DNA of 64,000 bases from the NCBI GenBank assembly GCA_038562165.1, contig JBCFAO010000017.1, positions 1,658 to 65,657 of the forward strand, read 5' to 3'. The position numbers and the translations under genes were made by a program. Of this stretch, positions 34,383 to 44,608 are shown piece by piece. This DNA comes from Clostridiales bacterium. Its GTDB lineage: Bacteria; Bacillota; Peptococcia; DRI-13; UBA5745. How positions within the stretch are numbered: position 1 is the stretch's first letter; each line of letters opens with the position of its first letter. Under the pieces are notes generated by a model. That model worked only from the letters and a program-made list of their open reading frames with translations. It did no database searches and had not been told where the DNA came from.

Positions 34383-35861
34383 ATGGAGGAGAAATATCGG
34401 ATTTATCCGGCTAAGTTAAAAGGGCAGGTTGCGCCGCCGGCAGCTTTAAGCCTGGCTTGCCGGGCCATCATCTGCGCCGCCTGGGGCGCCGGGGCTTCCG
34501 GCTTGACCATCGGCGGCGGTTTGGCCCGGGAGCTGCAAATAATTTTAGGCGGAGTAAAAGCTTTAGGGGCTTTATGGCAGAAAGACGGGGACCGCCTCGA
34601 GATCATCGGCTGCCGGCGCAGTGATGACAGGCAGCGCTGGGCAGCTAAGTTTAACGCCAGGGCCGATGAAGCCGGCGGCGGTAGTGAGCAAAGGGATGGG
34701 AATCAAAGGGGCGCCAGCCAAAAGGATAATCTTGCGGACAAGCCTCTGATCCCTTGCGGCCAATACCAGGCTGCTTTTGATTTGCTTTTGCCCTTAGCGT
34801 TAGTGCGCAGCGGCGGCGGGCGCTTTACCGGTGAAGGCGCTTGGGCCGGACTTGATTTGGAACCTTATGAGAAAGCTTTTGGCGGCCAGGCCGCCGTATT
34901 CCGGCGGCAGGCGGATAGCCGGCAGGACAAGCTGGATATAGAGGTGCAGGCCCTGGGGCAGCTTGTGCCGGGGCGGTTTGTACTGCCGCCCCAGGTAAGC
35001 CCCTCGTTTCTCAGCGGCTTATTGTTGGCCTTGCCCCTGTTAAAAGGCGATTCTCAGGTCTGTCTCAGTGAGGAGCCGGCCTGCCGGCAGGAGCTGACTA
35101 TGACTCTGCGGCTGATGGCGGAGTTCGGCTGCCAGGTAAACTGCCAGGGAGAGCGGGAGTTTTTCGTGCCCGGCCGACAACGTTACCAAAGCAGAAAATT
35201 TATTATTGAAAGGGATTACGGACTAGCTGCTTATTATCTTGCAGCGGCAGCTTTAGGCCAGGAAATCGAGGTTCAGGGGCTGCCCGGCGGTTCTTTGCAG
35301 GAAAACAGAGTGATTCTGGATTTGCTGGCCAGGCAAGGGAAAAAGCCCCGCCAAGGACCCAATGGGGGAGTGAGCTTTGGCGGGGAGCAAAATGAGCAGA
35401 CCGGCCCGGCTGTGGCTAATACCGCCGCCGCTGCCCCAATAGCCGGGGAAATTATCATTGATTGCCGCTTATGGCCGGACTTGCTGCCGCCTTTAACCCT
35501 TTTGGCAGCCCTGACGCCGGGCAGCACCCGGATACAGGGGCCGCCGGCAAAGGAATGGAAAAAAGCATTAAAGGAGCCGGAAGAAAGGACATTGCTTTTG
35601 GCTATAGCGGAAGAATTAAATAAGCTGGGAGCCAGGATAGAAGTGAAGGAAGAGGGCCTGTTGGTAGAGGGGGTAGCGAAACTTACCGGCGGCGCTACGG
35701 TAAGCTCCCGGGGCGATTACCGTATAGCTTTAATGCTGGCTTTAGCCGCTTCTTTGAGTGAAAAGCCGGCGGTACTGGAACAACCCCTGGCGGCAGAAGA
35801 CAGCTATCCCGACTTTTGGCAGGACTACCGGAGTTTGGGCGGCAAGGTGGAAGTCTTGTGA
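34383..35861 (+). CDS. EPSP-synthase-fold (AroA-like) protein with substituted active-site residues and low-complexity insertions
   Basis: The N- and C-termini align to AroA (KLKGQVAPPAALSLACRAI ... RGDYRIALMLALAASL ... SYPDFWQDYRSLGG). However, LPGSKS is replaced by APPAAL and LGNAGTAMR by PCGQYQAAF. Start at ATG 34383, preceded by AAAGGAG. Confidence 0.6.
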   Translation: MEEKYRIYPAKLKGQVAPPAALSLACRAIICAAWGAGASGLTIGGGLARELQIILGGVKALGALWQKDGDRLEIIGCRRSDDRQRWAAKFNARADEAGGGSEQRDGNQRGASQKDNLADKPLIPCGQYQAAFDLLLPLALVRSGGGRFTGEGAWAGLDLEPYEKAFGGQAAVFRRQADSRQDKLDIEVQALGQLVPGRFVLPPQVSPSFLSGLLLALPLLKGDSQVCLSEEPACRQELTMTLRLMAEFGCQVNCQGEREFFVPGRQRYQSRKFIIERDYGLAAYYLAAAALGQEIEVQGLPGGSLQENRVILDLLARQGKKPRQGPNGGVSFGGEQNEQTGPAVANTAAAAPIAGEIIIDCRLWPDLLPPLTLLAALTPGSTRIQGPPAKEWKKALKEPEERTLLLAIAEELNKLGARIEVKEEGLLVEGVAKLTGGATVSSRGDYRIALMLALAASLSEKPAVLEQPLAAEDSYPDFWQDYRSLGGKVEVL

Positions 35862-35979
35862 AATGGGCAGAAATTTGAGTAAACCCGGCTATATCATGCT
35901 TAAGTTTCATAAAAAGGCGAAAAAGGGGAAGAATAGTGCTATCCGTCAATTTTCTTTGGCGATAGGAGGAAGAAAAACA

Positions 35980-36369
35980 GTGGAAGAATTGGATTCCCTG
36001 AGAGATTATCAATTTACCAAATCTCATGAATGGGTACGTTTTTTAAATGATCATCAAGCCCTGATCGGCATCACCCACCATGGCCAGAAGCTATTGGGCG
36101 ATCTGGTTTATATCACCCTGCCGGCAGACGAAGAGGAAATCGAAGCGGGGGAGGCCTTTGCGGAGTTGGCTTCGGCCCGGGCTGATTCTGATGTTTACTG
36201 CCCGGTCAGCGGCCGGATCACTAAAGTAAATATGGATTTGTTGACGGATCCGAACCGGATTACCAAAAACCCTTATGAGGCATGGATGATCGAGGTGTCG
36301 GAGATCACTGATCACGAGACTCTTTTAGAAGCCGGTGATTATCAGCAGTTTTTAGATACGGAACAATAA
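35980..36369 (+). CDS. GcvH-like (glycine-cleavage H-protein fold) protein lacking the lipoyl-lysine
   Basis: FTKSHEWV ... IGITHHGQKLLGDLVYITLP ... VYCPVSGRITKVN aligns to GcvH, but the ESVKA motif reads ASARA (K to R). Start assigned to GTG 35980 after AGGAGG. ATG 35896 and ATG 35863 are alternative starts. Confidence 0.6.
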   Translation: MEELDSLRDYQFTKSHEWVRFLNDHQALIGITHHGQKLLGDLVYITLPADEEEIEAGEAFAELASARADSDVYCPVSGRITKVNMDLLTDPNRITKNPYEAWMIEVSEITDHETLLEAGDYQQFLDTEQ

Positions 36370-36393
36370 AAGCCCCATGGAGGCCGGCAGCGG

Positions 36394-37809
36394 CTAAAGC
36401 ACTGGCTCCCAAGCATTTTTCAAGGTTTCTACAGCCGGAAGAATATCTTTTTCCGGAATAGCCGCATAAGAAAGCATTAATTGCCGCAAGGGACGGCTGG
36501 GATCTTTTTTGTTCTCTATGGTTTCCGATAAAGGAATAAGCGCTACGCCTTCGTCCAGGGCCCGGTCCGCCAGGCTCTGGGCGTTTTCTTTGCTGGCTGC
36601 CAGCAAAAGGAGGCGGAGGCCGCTTTCGTAAGACGGCACCGTAAGGCCTTGGGGAAAATGATGAGCCAGGGCCTGCCGCAAATGTTGGCTTTTTAGATCA
36701 TAGATGCGCCGCAGCCGCCGAATGTGGCGGTTTAAATGGCCGTCGGCAATAAAATCCGCCAAAGCAAGCTGCTCCATACCGGAGGCCGTTTGGTTGTAGC
36801 GAGAGCCTATCTCCCGGTAGGCCGGCAGAAGACAGTGGGGCAACACCATGTAGCTAATCCGCAGAGAAGGCAGCATGGTGCGGGAAAAGGAGCCGAGATA
36901 AATGACGCTTTCGCCCCGGTCAAGGCTTTGCAAAGAAGGCAAGGGCCGCAACAGATAGCGGAATTCGCCAATATAATCGTCTTCCAGCAGCAAGGCGCCT
37001 TGCTGCACCGCCCGGCCCAGCAGATTAAGGCGCTGGGTTGCCGTTACCGCTTCCCCCCGGTAGGGATTGGAAGGGTTTATGCAGATTAGCTCCGGCAGCC
37101 GGGCTTGTTCATCCTCCAGCTCCGCTAAAGAGAAGGAGCGGATTTGGTAATGGTGGTCCCGAAAAATCTGTTCCGCCTGAAAAAAGCCGGGGGCCTGAAT
37201 GCCGATGGTGGTCAAGTTGCTATTGTAAACTTCCAGAATGCCGCAGAGGATGTGGAGCAGGCTTTGGGTGCCGGCTCCCACTACGATTTGCTGAGGACTG
37301 CAGCGGACATCCCGGGCCTCGTCGCTATATTTGGCCAAAGTATAAAGCAGCCGGGGTTCGCCTTGATAGGGACCGTAGGAGGTCAGCAATTCCGGCTGTT
37401 TCAAGGCATTATGAAGGTAGCGGCGCCATACGGACATATTGAAGCTGTCGTTTTCCACCCCGTAGCTGCGAAAATTATAACGGACCGCCGGCGGCTCATT
37501 GGCCGGGGTTGCCGCCTCTTTCGCCTCAGCGAACAGGGGGAGACGGCCCTGGATGTCCCGTAAATCAGCGGCATAATAGCCTTGCTTCGGCTTGCTGATT
37601 AAGAAGCCCTCTTCTAAGAGCTGGCTATAGGCGATTTCCACCGTGATGCGGCTGACGCCCAAAGCTTTAGCCAGACTGCGGATAGAAGGCAGCTTTTGAC
37701 CGGAAACCAAATCCCCTTCCTGCATAGCCTTTTTAATTAATGTGATCAATTGGCGGTACATAGGCAGCTTGCCTTGAGGGTCCAGCCATAGTGTAGTTAG
37801 GAGCATCAT
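36394..37809 (-). CDS. MocR-subfamily GntR regulator (wHTH + fold-type I aminotransferase-like domain)
   Basis: N-terminal GntR HTH (KLPSIRSLAKALGVSRITVEIAYSQLLEEGF) and a C-terminal aminotransferase-like domain. The SFSK motif reads SFSR. Confidence 0.8.
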   Translation of the reverse strand: MMLLTTLWLDPQGKLPMYRQLITLIKKAMQEGDLVSGQKLPSIRSLAKALGVSRITVEIAYSQLLEEGFLISKPKQGYYAADLRDIQGRLPLFAEAKEAATPANEPPAVRYNFRSYGVENDSFNMSVWRRYLHNALKQPELLTSYGPYQGEPRLLYTLAKYSDEARDVRCSPQQIVVGAGTQSLLHILCGILEVYNSNLTTIGIQAPGFFQAEQIFRDHHYQIRSFSLAELEDEQARLPELICINPSNPYRGEAVTATQRLNLLGRAVQQGALLLEDDYIGEFRYLLRPLPSLQSLDRGESVIYLGSFSRTMLPSLRISYMVLPHCLLPAYREIGSRYNQTASGMEQLALADFIADGHLNRHIRRLRRIYDLKSQHLRQALAHHFPQGLTVPSYESGLRLLLLAASKENAQSLADRALDEGVALIPLSETIENKKDPSRPLRQLMLSYAAIPEKDILPAVETLKNAWEPVL

Positions 37810-37981
37810 ATCACCTTCGCTTTTAAGTATCCTCCGCTTTTCAAGAGCCATTGCCGGAGGGAAGCAAAAAATTTAATAATGTTGGGTTAATATGAACTGC
37901 ATATCCCTGTCCCTGCTATTATATATTGTTTCCGGTAAAACTGTCCATAGAAAAAGAGAGCCGCGGGCAAGGGCAAGGTGT

Positions 37982-37999
37982 GTAAAATTGCAAATTTGT
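37982..37999 (+). repeat. solitary degenerate copy of the 29.2-kb repeat core
   Basis: GTAAAATTGCAAATTTGT matches 16 of 18 positions of GCAAAATTGCAAGTTTGT. It is flanked by CGGGCAA / TTGCCCG inverted arms. Confidence 0.5.
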
Positions 38000-38055
38000 G
38001 AGGACCCGCCCTCGTATTGCCCGGGAAATAAGCCCGTTATCGGAAACTAAAGCGC

Positions 38056-38104
38056 TAAAGAAAAAGGCTGCCCTCCTGGTTTCCAAACCAAAGAGAGGCA
38101 GCCT
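38056..38104 (-). terminator. rho-independent terminator of cysK
   Basis: On the minus strand, an AGGCTGCCTCTC ... GGAGGGCAGCCT hairpin is followed by TTTTTCTTT. Confidence 0.6.
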
Positions 38105-38174
38105 GCTTATTCTTCCTATCGAGCCATCAAAAAGCAATCATCAAAAAGTATCGAGTAAAGCGGCAGATCTGTTC

Positions 38175-39101
38175 TTAATCAAATAAGGGCGTGCTGAAAT
38201 AGCGCTCGCCGGTATCCGGCAGCAGGGTAATAACCGTTTTGCCTTTGCCCAATATTTTGGCCATTTTTAAAGCGGCGACTACGTTGGTGCCGCTGGAAAT
38301 GCCGCACATCAACCCTTCCAGCCGGACCAGGTCCCTGGAAGTCTGAATGGCCTCCTCGTCGGTAATGACCACCACTTCGTCGTAGATTTTCGTGTCGAGA
38401 TTGTGGGGGATCAAGCCGTCGCCGATGCCCATCTGCAGATGGGTGCTGATCTTGCCGCCGGAAAGGATAGCGGCGTTTTCCGGCTCCAAAGCCCAAATCA
38501 GGATATCGGGATTGCTCTGGCGTAAAACCTGGCCGATGCCGCTAATGCAGCCGCCGGTGCCAATGCCGGAGCAAAAGCCGTGGATGGGCTTATTCACCTG
38601 CTCCAGAATTTCCCGTCCCGTTTGCAGCCGGTGAACAGCGGGGTTATCAGGATTGATAAATTGCTGAGGCACGTAAACCTTGGGGTTTTCTGCCTTTAGC
38701 TGCAGGGCGGTTTTCAGGCAATTATCGATACATTCGCCAATATCGCAGTTGTCTTTGACGACGATGACCTGGGCTCCGTAGCTTTTTACCAGCTTACGGC
38801 GCTCTTCGCTGACGGAATCCGGCATAATAATAATCGTTTTGTAACCCCTTACCGCTCCCACAAGAGCTAAGCCAATGCCCTGGTTGCCGCTGGTAGGCTC
38901 CACGATGATGGTATCCGGCTTAATATCGCCCCGCAGCTCCGCTTCCCGAATCATGTTGAAGGCCGTACGGGTTTTAATAGAGCCGCCAATATTGACCCCT
39001 TCAAACTTGACCAGCACCTCCGCATCGTTTTCGCCGGTCAGCCGGTTAAGGCGAATGACGGGAGTATTGCCAATAGCCTCCAAAACATTACTGTAGATCA
39101 T
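38175..39101 (-). CDS. cysK: cysteine synthase A (O-acetylserine sulfhydrylase)
   Basis: 308 aa. Contains GNTPVIRLNRL, the PLP-lysine block GGSIKTR, PTSGNQGIGLA and GIGTGG. Confidence 0.85.
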   Translation of the reverse strand: MIYSNVLEAIGNTPVIRLNRLTGENDAEVLVKFEGVNIGGSIKTRTAFNMIREAELRGDIKPDTIIVEPTSGNQGIGLALVGAVRGYKTIIIMPDSVSEERRKLVKSYGAQVIVVKDNCDIGECIDNCLKTALQLKAENPKVYVPQQFINPDNPAVHRLQTGREILEQVNKPIHGFCSGIGTGGCISGIGQVLRQSNPDILIWALEPENAAILSGGKISTHLQMGIGDGLIPHNLDTKIYDEVVVITDEEAIQTSRDLVRLEGLMCGISSGTNVVAALKMAKILGKGKTVITLLPDTGERYFSTPLFD

Positions 39102-39302
39102 TTTTGTCCCCGCTCCTTATTTGTTGAATTAACAGTGTCAATTATAATCACAAAACCTACAGGAATACAAGGAATACTTCTGATTATTAAAAAGTACCGT
39201 ATTTTTTAAGATTCTTTTAATGTTTTTTTATTCTATTTGTTATTGTTATGTGCTTAAATTAAAGGAAGAAAATGATTGAGAAATAATCTGGAGGGAAGCG
39301 GC

Positions 39303-40566
39303 ATGAAAGGTAAAAAGAAAAAATGGCTTATTGCGGGGGGGGTGGCAGTTGCCCTTTGCTTAATCTTGGTTGTCGGCGGTCAATTGCGGGGCGGTACAGC
39401 TTTGCCGGCTATCGCCACCATGAAGCTGTCTAAGGGCGATATTGAGAAAAGCATTACCCTGAAAGCGCCTTTGGAGGGCATGGATAAAGCGGAGGTAGTA
39501 TCCAGCCTCCATTGTGAGGTGGTGGAACTGAAGGTAGAAGAGGGGGACCCGGTAGCCAAGGATCAGCTTTTGGCGGTGCTGGACGACAAGGATTTGTTGC
39601 TGGCGGTGGAAAAAGCCAGGGATCAACTGGAGCTTACCCGCTTTCAGTACCAGGAAGGGTTGAAAGAAAGCCAGCGGCAGTATGCCAAGATCAAAGAAGG
39701 GCTGGCGGCGGCCCAGAAGCAATATGAGCGGTCCCAAGCCTTGTACGAGGCCGGCAGCCTTTCTTTGCAAGAGCTGGAAACGGCCGCCAGCAGCTTAAAG
39801 GATTTGGAAAACCAGGCTGCCGCTTTTTCCGTGTCCAAGGACAATGTGGTGCTTTCACCATCTCAAAATAAGCAACTGAATATTTTGGAGAAAGCTCTGG
39901 CAGAGGCTGAGGATAAGCTGGCTCAAGCCCAGGTTAAAAGCCCCATCGATGGCATCGTTACCCGGGTTAATGTAAGGCTGGGACGTTTTGCCGACGAGAC
40001 GGAAAATAAAAGTCCCATGTTTGTCATCGAGGACCTTTCCAAGCTGCAGATGAAAGTCCAAATCAGCGAATACGATATCGGCGAAGTAGCCGTGGGACAG
40101 GAAGCTACTATTTCGGCGGATATCCTGGGCGGTAAGGCCGTAACCGGCCAGGTGAGCAGGATATCCCCCACCGGTGAAAGCAAAAGCGGCGGTACGGAAC
40201 GGATTATTCCTACTATTATTGATATTAAAGAAGAAAGCGATCAATTAATTGCCGGTATTAATGCCAAGGCTGTCATCCATTTGGCCAAATCGGAAAATAC
40301 ATTTATCCTGCCTTTAGAGGCTTTGGTTGAGGCGGAGAACGCCGAAGGCGGCGAGGCTTGGCAGGTTTACCGGGTCACTGCCGCCGGGATTCTGGAGCTG
40401 ATTGACGTTACCTTAGGGGTGGAAAATGACCTCCAGGCAGAAATTTTTTCCGACCGGCTGGCCGAAGGCGATACCATCGTTACCATAATCACTCCCGATC
40501 TCCATGAGGGGATGCAGGTGCCGGCGCCGGAAGGGGCGGCAGCGGAGGCGGAGACGGAGGCAAGCC

Positions 40567-40574
<8 letters not shown>
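39303..40574 (+). CDS. HlyD/MacA-type periplasmic adaptor
   Basis: N-terminal TM segment, a coiled-coil hairpin region, and adaptor strings (SPIDGIVTRVNVRLG, VTGQVSRISPTG). Start at ATG 39303 after GGAGGG. Confidence 0.8.
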
Positions 40575-41303
<729 letters not shown>

Positions 41304-41307
<4 letters not shown>

Positions 41308-42512
41308 TGATGCTGCTGGAAAATTTCCTCATGTCCCTGCAGGCTATCCGGGCCAATAAGATGCGCTCCCTCCTTACTATGCTGGGGGTGATTATCGGCA
41401 TCAGCTCCGTTATTACCATCGTTTCCATCGGCGACAGCATGCGGAATTTCATGACGGATCAGTACAAAGATGTAGGCGTTAACAGGGCTATAATTTATAC
41501 TCGTCCTGCAGACGGTTTTTATATGGACAGCGATTATTTTACCGTTGAGGATTTGGATAAGGTGCTGGAGGCTATGGCAGGCGACTTGGCCTATACGGAC
41601 CTAAATGGCTGGAGCAACGGCACGATTAAGAGAAAAACTCTGGATATTAATGTAGAAATGCAGGAAGTAGCCAAGAATTTCGAAAATATCATGAATGTAA
41701 CGATCATTGAAGGCCGGATGATCAATGACGCCGACATTAATGGCCGCCGCCCCCACATTGTGCTGCCGGAAAAGACGGCTTTAGAAATATTTGGTACTGC
41801 CAAATGCATAGGCAAGGTTATTGAAATGGAAGTGGAGGGAGAGCGGCAGGAGCTGACGGTAGTAGGCGTGTACCGCAAAGAAATGAGCGCCGCTTCCATG
41901 ATGCTTCTGGGTAATCCTACGGCTTATGTGCCTTACTCCTATATCCGGGATGTAGATAATTATATGACCTTTTACCTTAATGTTTATTTTGCCGATGATG
42001 TGGATAAAGAGGCGGGCTACCGCCGCCTGACTAATGTAGTAGCCAGAATGAAGAACCGCCAGCCCGAGGAAATCATGATGCATACGGTGGCGGAAGAAAT
42101 GCAGCAGGTAGACATGGTGCTGAGCTCCCTTTCCCTGGCTGTAGGCGCTATAGCCGCTATTTCCCTGCTTGTGGGCGGTATCGGCATCATGAACATCATG
42201 CTGGTATCCGTAACGGAGCGGACCAGGGAAATCGGTATCCGCAAAGCCCTGGGGGCCCAGCCCTGGGATATTAAGTTTCAATTTCTGACGGAGTCGGCCA
42301 TCATTTCTGCCGCCGGCGGCATCATCGGTACGGCCATTGGGCTTGCCACCGTATTGGTTTTGGGCAAGGTAGTGGATATTTCGGTGGTTGTTAATCCCGG
42401 CACCGTTCTTTTGGCGGTGGCCTTCTCTGCCGCCGTGGGCATCGGCTTCGGTTTTTATCCTGCCTCCAAGGCGGCCAACGCCGATCCTATCGAAGCCCTG
42501 CGTTACGAGTAA
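41304..42512 (+). CDS. ABC transporter permease (MacB periplasmic domain + FtsX)
   Basis: 402 aa. Contains the same FtsX block as 26631-27803 (GGIGIMNIMLVSVTERTREIGIRKALGA). Confidence 0.85.
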
Positions 42513-42515
42513 GGC

Positions 42516-42627
42516 GAATAGCCAACCAGCCTCTGCTCACTTCTCACCGGCAAAATCTTATCAAAGAGCTTCTTAATTAAGGGAATTTAGCCGGTTGCGA
42601 ACGTTCGCTAAGGCTGGTTAGCTATTC
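42516..42627. repeat. long-range inverted repeat with an internal perfect palindrome
   Basis: GAATAGCCAACCAGCCT (42516-42532) pairs with AGGCTGGTTAGCTATTC (42611-42627), matching at 16 of 17 positions. The 12-bp palindrome GCGAACGTTCGC sits at 42597-42608. Confidence 0.6.
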
Positions 42628-42680
42628 ACTGCAGAATGAGCTGTTTTATTTACTAAAAACATTACAAAAAGTATACAAAT

Positions 42681-42791
42681 AACCCTCTGGACAAAATCCG
42701 CCGCCAGAGGTTATACTAAGAAAGAAATGCTTCGGCGGTTTCATTTACACGAAAGTTAAGACGCTTTGCCGAAGCCGGCAAGGCGTTTTTT
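42681..42791 (+). promoter_or_regulatory. pyrBI leader: transcription attenuator (possible PyrR-type)
   Basis: The terminator is CGCTTTGCCG-AAGC-CGGCAAGGCG followed by TTTTTT (42761-42791). The upstream GCTTCGGC (42729-42736) is complementary to GCCGAAGC in the terminator and could act as an antiterminator. The 5' hairpin AACCCTCTGG ... CCAGAGGTT (42681-42712) carries a CCAGAGG element. Confidence 0.5.
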
Positions 42792-42862
42792 ATGGAGTAT
42801 GGGCCTCTGTTTACCGGACCTTCACCCTTTCGCCGGCAGCTTGTAAAGATGAGGAGGTTTTT

Positions 42863-43828
42863 ATGCGGCATTTAATTGATCCCTTGGATTTTACCGTAGA
42901 AGAAATTGAGGCCCTATTAGATGTAGCCGATGAGATTGCGGCAGACCGTCAGGCATTTCGCCAGGTTTGTCAAGGCAAGACATTGGCTACTCTTTTTTAT
43001 GAGGCCAGTACCAGAACCCGGCTGAGCTTTGAGGCGGCTATGCTAAACTTGGGAGGCAATGTCCTGGGCTTTGCCACGGCAGACAGCAGTTCGGCGGTCA
43101 AGGGGGAAAGCGTGGCGGACACCATCCGCACCGTCTCCTGCTACGCCGACATCTGCGCCATGCGCCATCCCAAGGAAGGCGCTCCCCTGCGGGCCTCCCG
43201 CTATTCCCGGATACCGGTAATCAATGCCGGTGACGGCGGTCACCAGCATCCCACTCAGACCCTGACGGATCTCATGACTATCCGCCGGCGGCGCAAACAG
43301 CTTGGGCACATTACCATCGGCCTTTGCGGCGATTTGAAATTCGGCCGCACCGTCCATTCCCTTATCAAATCCCTGGCCCGCTACGAAGGCGTCAAATTCA
43401 TTCTGATCTCGCCGGAAGAGTTGAGGGTGCCGGATTACGTGATCGAAGAGGTGCTTTGGGATAAAGGCGTACCCTTCGTCGAAGCGGAAGACATGGAATT
43501 GGTCATGGACCAGTTGGATATCCTTTATATGACCAGGGTACAGAAAGAAAGATTCTTCAACGAAGAAGACTACGTCCGCTTGAAGGACACCTATATCCTG
43601 ACCCCGGATAAGCTGGCGGCGGCCAAGCCGGGCATGGCTATCCTTCATCCCCTGCCCAGAGTCAACGAAATATCCATTGACGTAGACGAGGACCCCCGGG
43701 CCGCTTATTTTGAACAAGCCCAAAACGGTGTTTATGTCCGGATGGCTCTGATCATGATGCTGCTGGAATTAGCCAGTCCCGTGGCTGCCGGGGCCAGAAC
43801 CGGGGCATTGCAGAAGGAGGTGCGGTAA
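42863..43828 (+). CDS. pyrB: aspartate carbamoyltransferase catalytic subunit
   Basis: 321 aa. Contains [21 protein letters not shown] and HPLPRVNEI. Confidence 0.9.
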   Translation: MRHLIDPLDFTVEEIEALLDVADEIAADRQAFRQVCQGKTLATLFYEASTRTRLSFEAAMLNLGGNVLGFATADSSSAVKGESVADTIRTVSCYADICAMRHPKEGAPLRASRYSRIPVINAGDGGHQHPTQTLTDLMTIRRRRKQLGHITIGLCGDLKFGRTVHSLIKSLARYEGVKFILISPEELRVPDYVIEEVLWDKGVPFVEAEDMELVMDQLDILYMTRVQKERFFNEEDYVRLKDTYILTPDKLAAAKPGMAILHPLPRVNEISIDVDEDPRAAYFEQAQNGVYVRMALIMMLLELASPVAAGARTGALQKEVR

Positions 43829-44284
43829 ATGCTCAGTATTGACAGCCTGGAACGGGGCATTGTTATCGATCATATTAAGGCCGGCAGCGCTATGTGGCTT
43901 TACCAACTGCTGAATCTGGACCGCCTGGAGTGTACTGTGGCCATTATCAAAAATGCCCGCAGCAATAAATTAGGCAAAAAGGATATCATTAAAATTGAAG
44001 GTACGCTGGATATCAACCTTGATATCCTGGGCTATATTGATCCCAACATCACCATCGCCGTCATTGACGAGGGCAAGATTATTGAGAAGAAACGTCTGGT
44101 GCCTCCGGAAATCCTCCGTAATGTAATCCGCTGCAAAAACCCCCGCTGTATCACCAGCATAGAAGAAGGGGTGGAGCATATTTTCCGGCTGACCAAAGGG
44201 CAAAATGGCACCCGCTATCGCTGCGTTTATTGCGAGCAGGAAGATCAGGGCCTCCCCGACTGGCTGAATAAAGCAAAAGTATAA
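43829..44284 (+). CDS. pyrI: aspartate carbamoyltransferase regulatory subunit
   Basis: 151 aa. Contains GIVIDHI and the zinc cysteines CKNPRC ... CVYC. Confidence 0.9.
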   Translation: MLSIDSLERGIVIDHIKAGSAMWLYQLLNLDRLECTVAIIKNARSNKLGKKDIIKIEGTLDINLDILGYIDPNITIAVIDEGKIIEKKRLVPPEILRNVIRCKNPRCITSIEEGVEHIFRLTKGQNGTRYRCVYCEQEDQGLPDWLNKAKV

Positions 44285-44608
44285 ATCTCCGCTGGGATAA
44301 AGATTGACAAGGCGAAGGCGGCAGCTTTCGCCTTGTGCTATTAGCCCTTTTCCATTATTCCTCCTTAATCGCCTTATTTTTTATGGCGTACAAAAGAAAT
44401 TACGAAAAAATTAAGGCAATAAATCCTCTTGGAAGGGATTATTCTTGACCCGTCGAATAAAATAAAAAAAGAAATTAATGGCAAAACCAGCCTTAAGCAA
44501 AAGGCAGAATATTGAGAATCATAAAAAAACAAGGGGGAATGTTCCAAAAATTCTATTGTTATTCTTTTGTATTTCTTAGCAATGTCATTTGAAAAGGGAG
44601 GGAATTTA

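Noticed and set aside
42681-42712. Calling the 5' hairpin of the pyrB leader a bona fide PyrR binding loop.
   Set aside because: The loop has CCAGAGG rather than the CCAGAGAGG-type core I recall. It is kept only as a hypothesis within the attenuator feature, pending a covariance-model scan.
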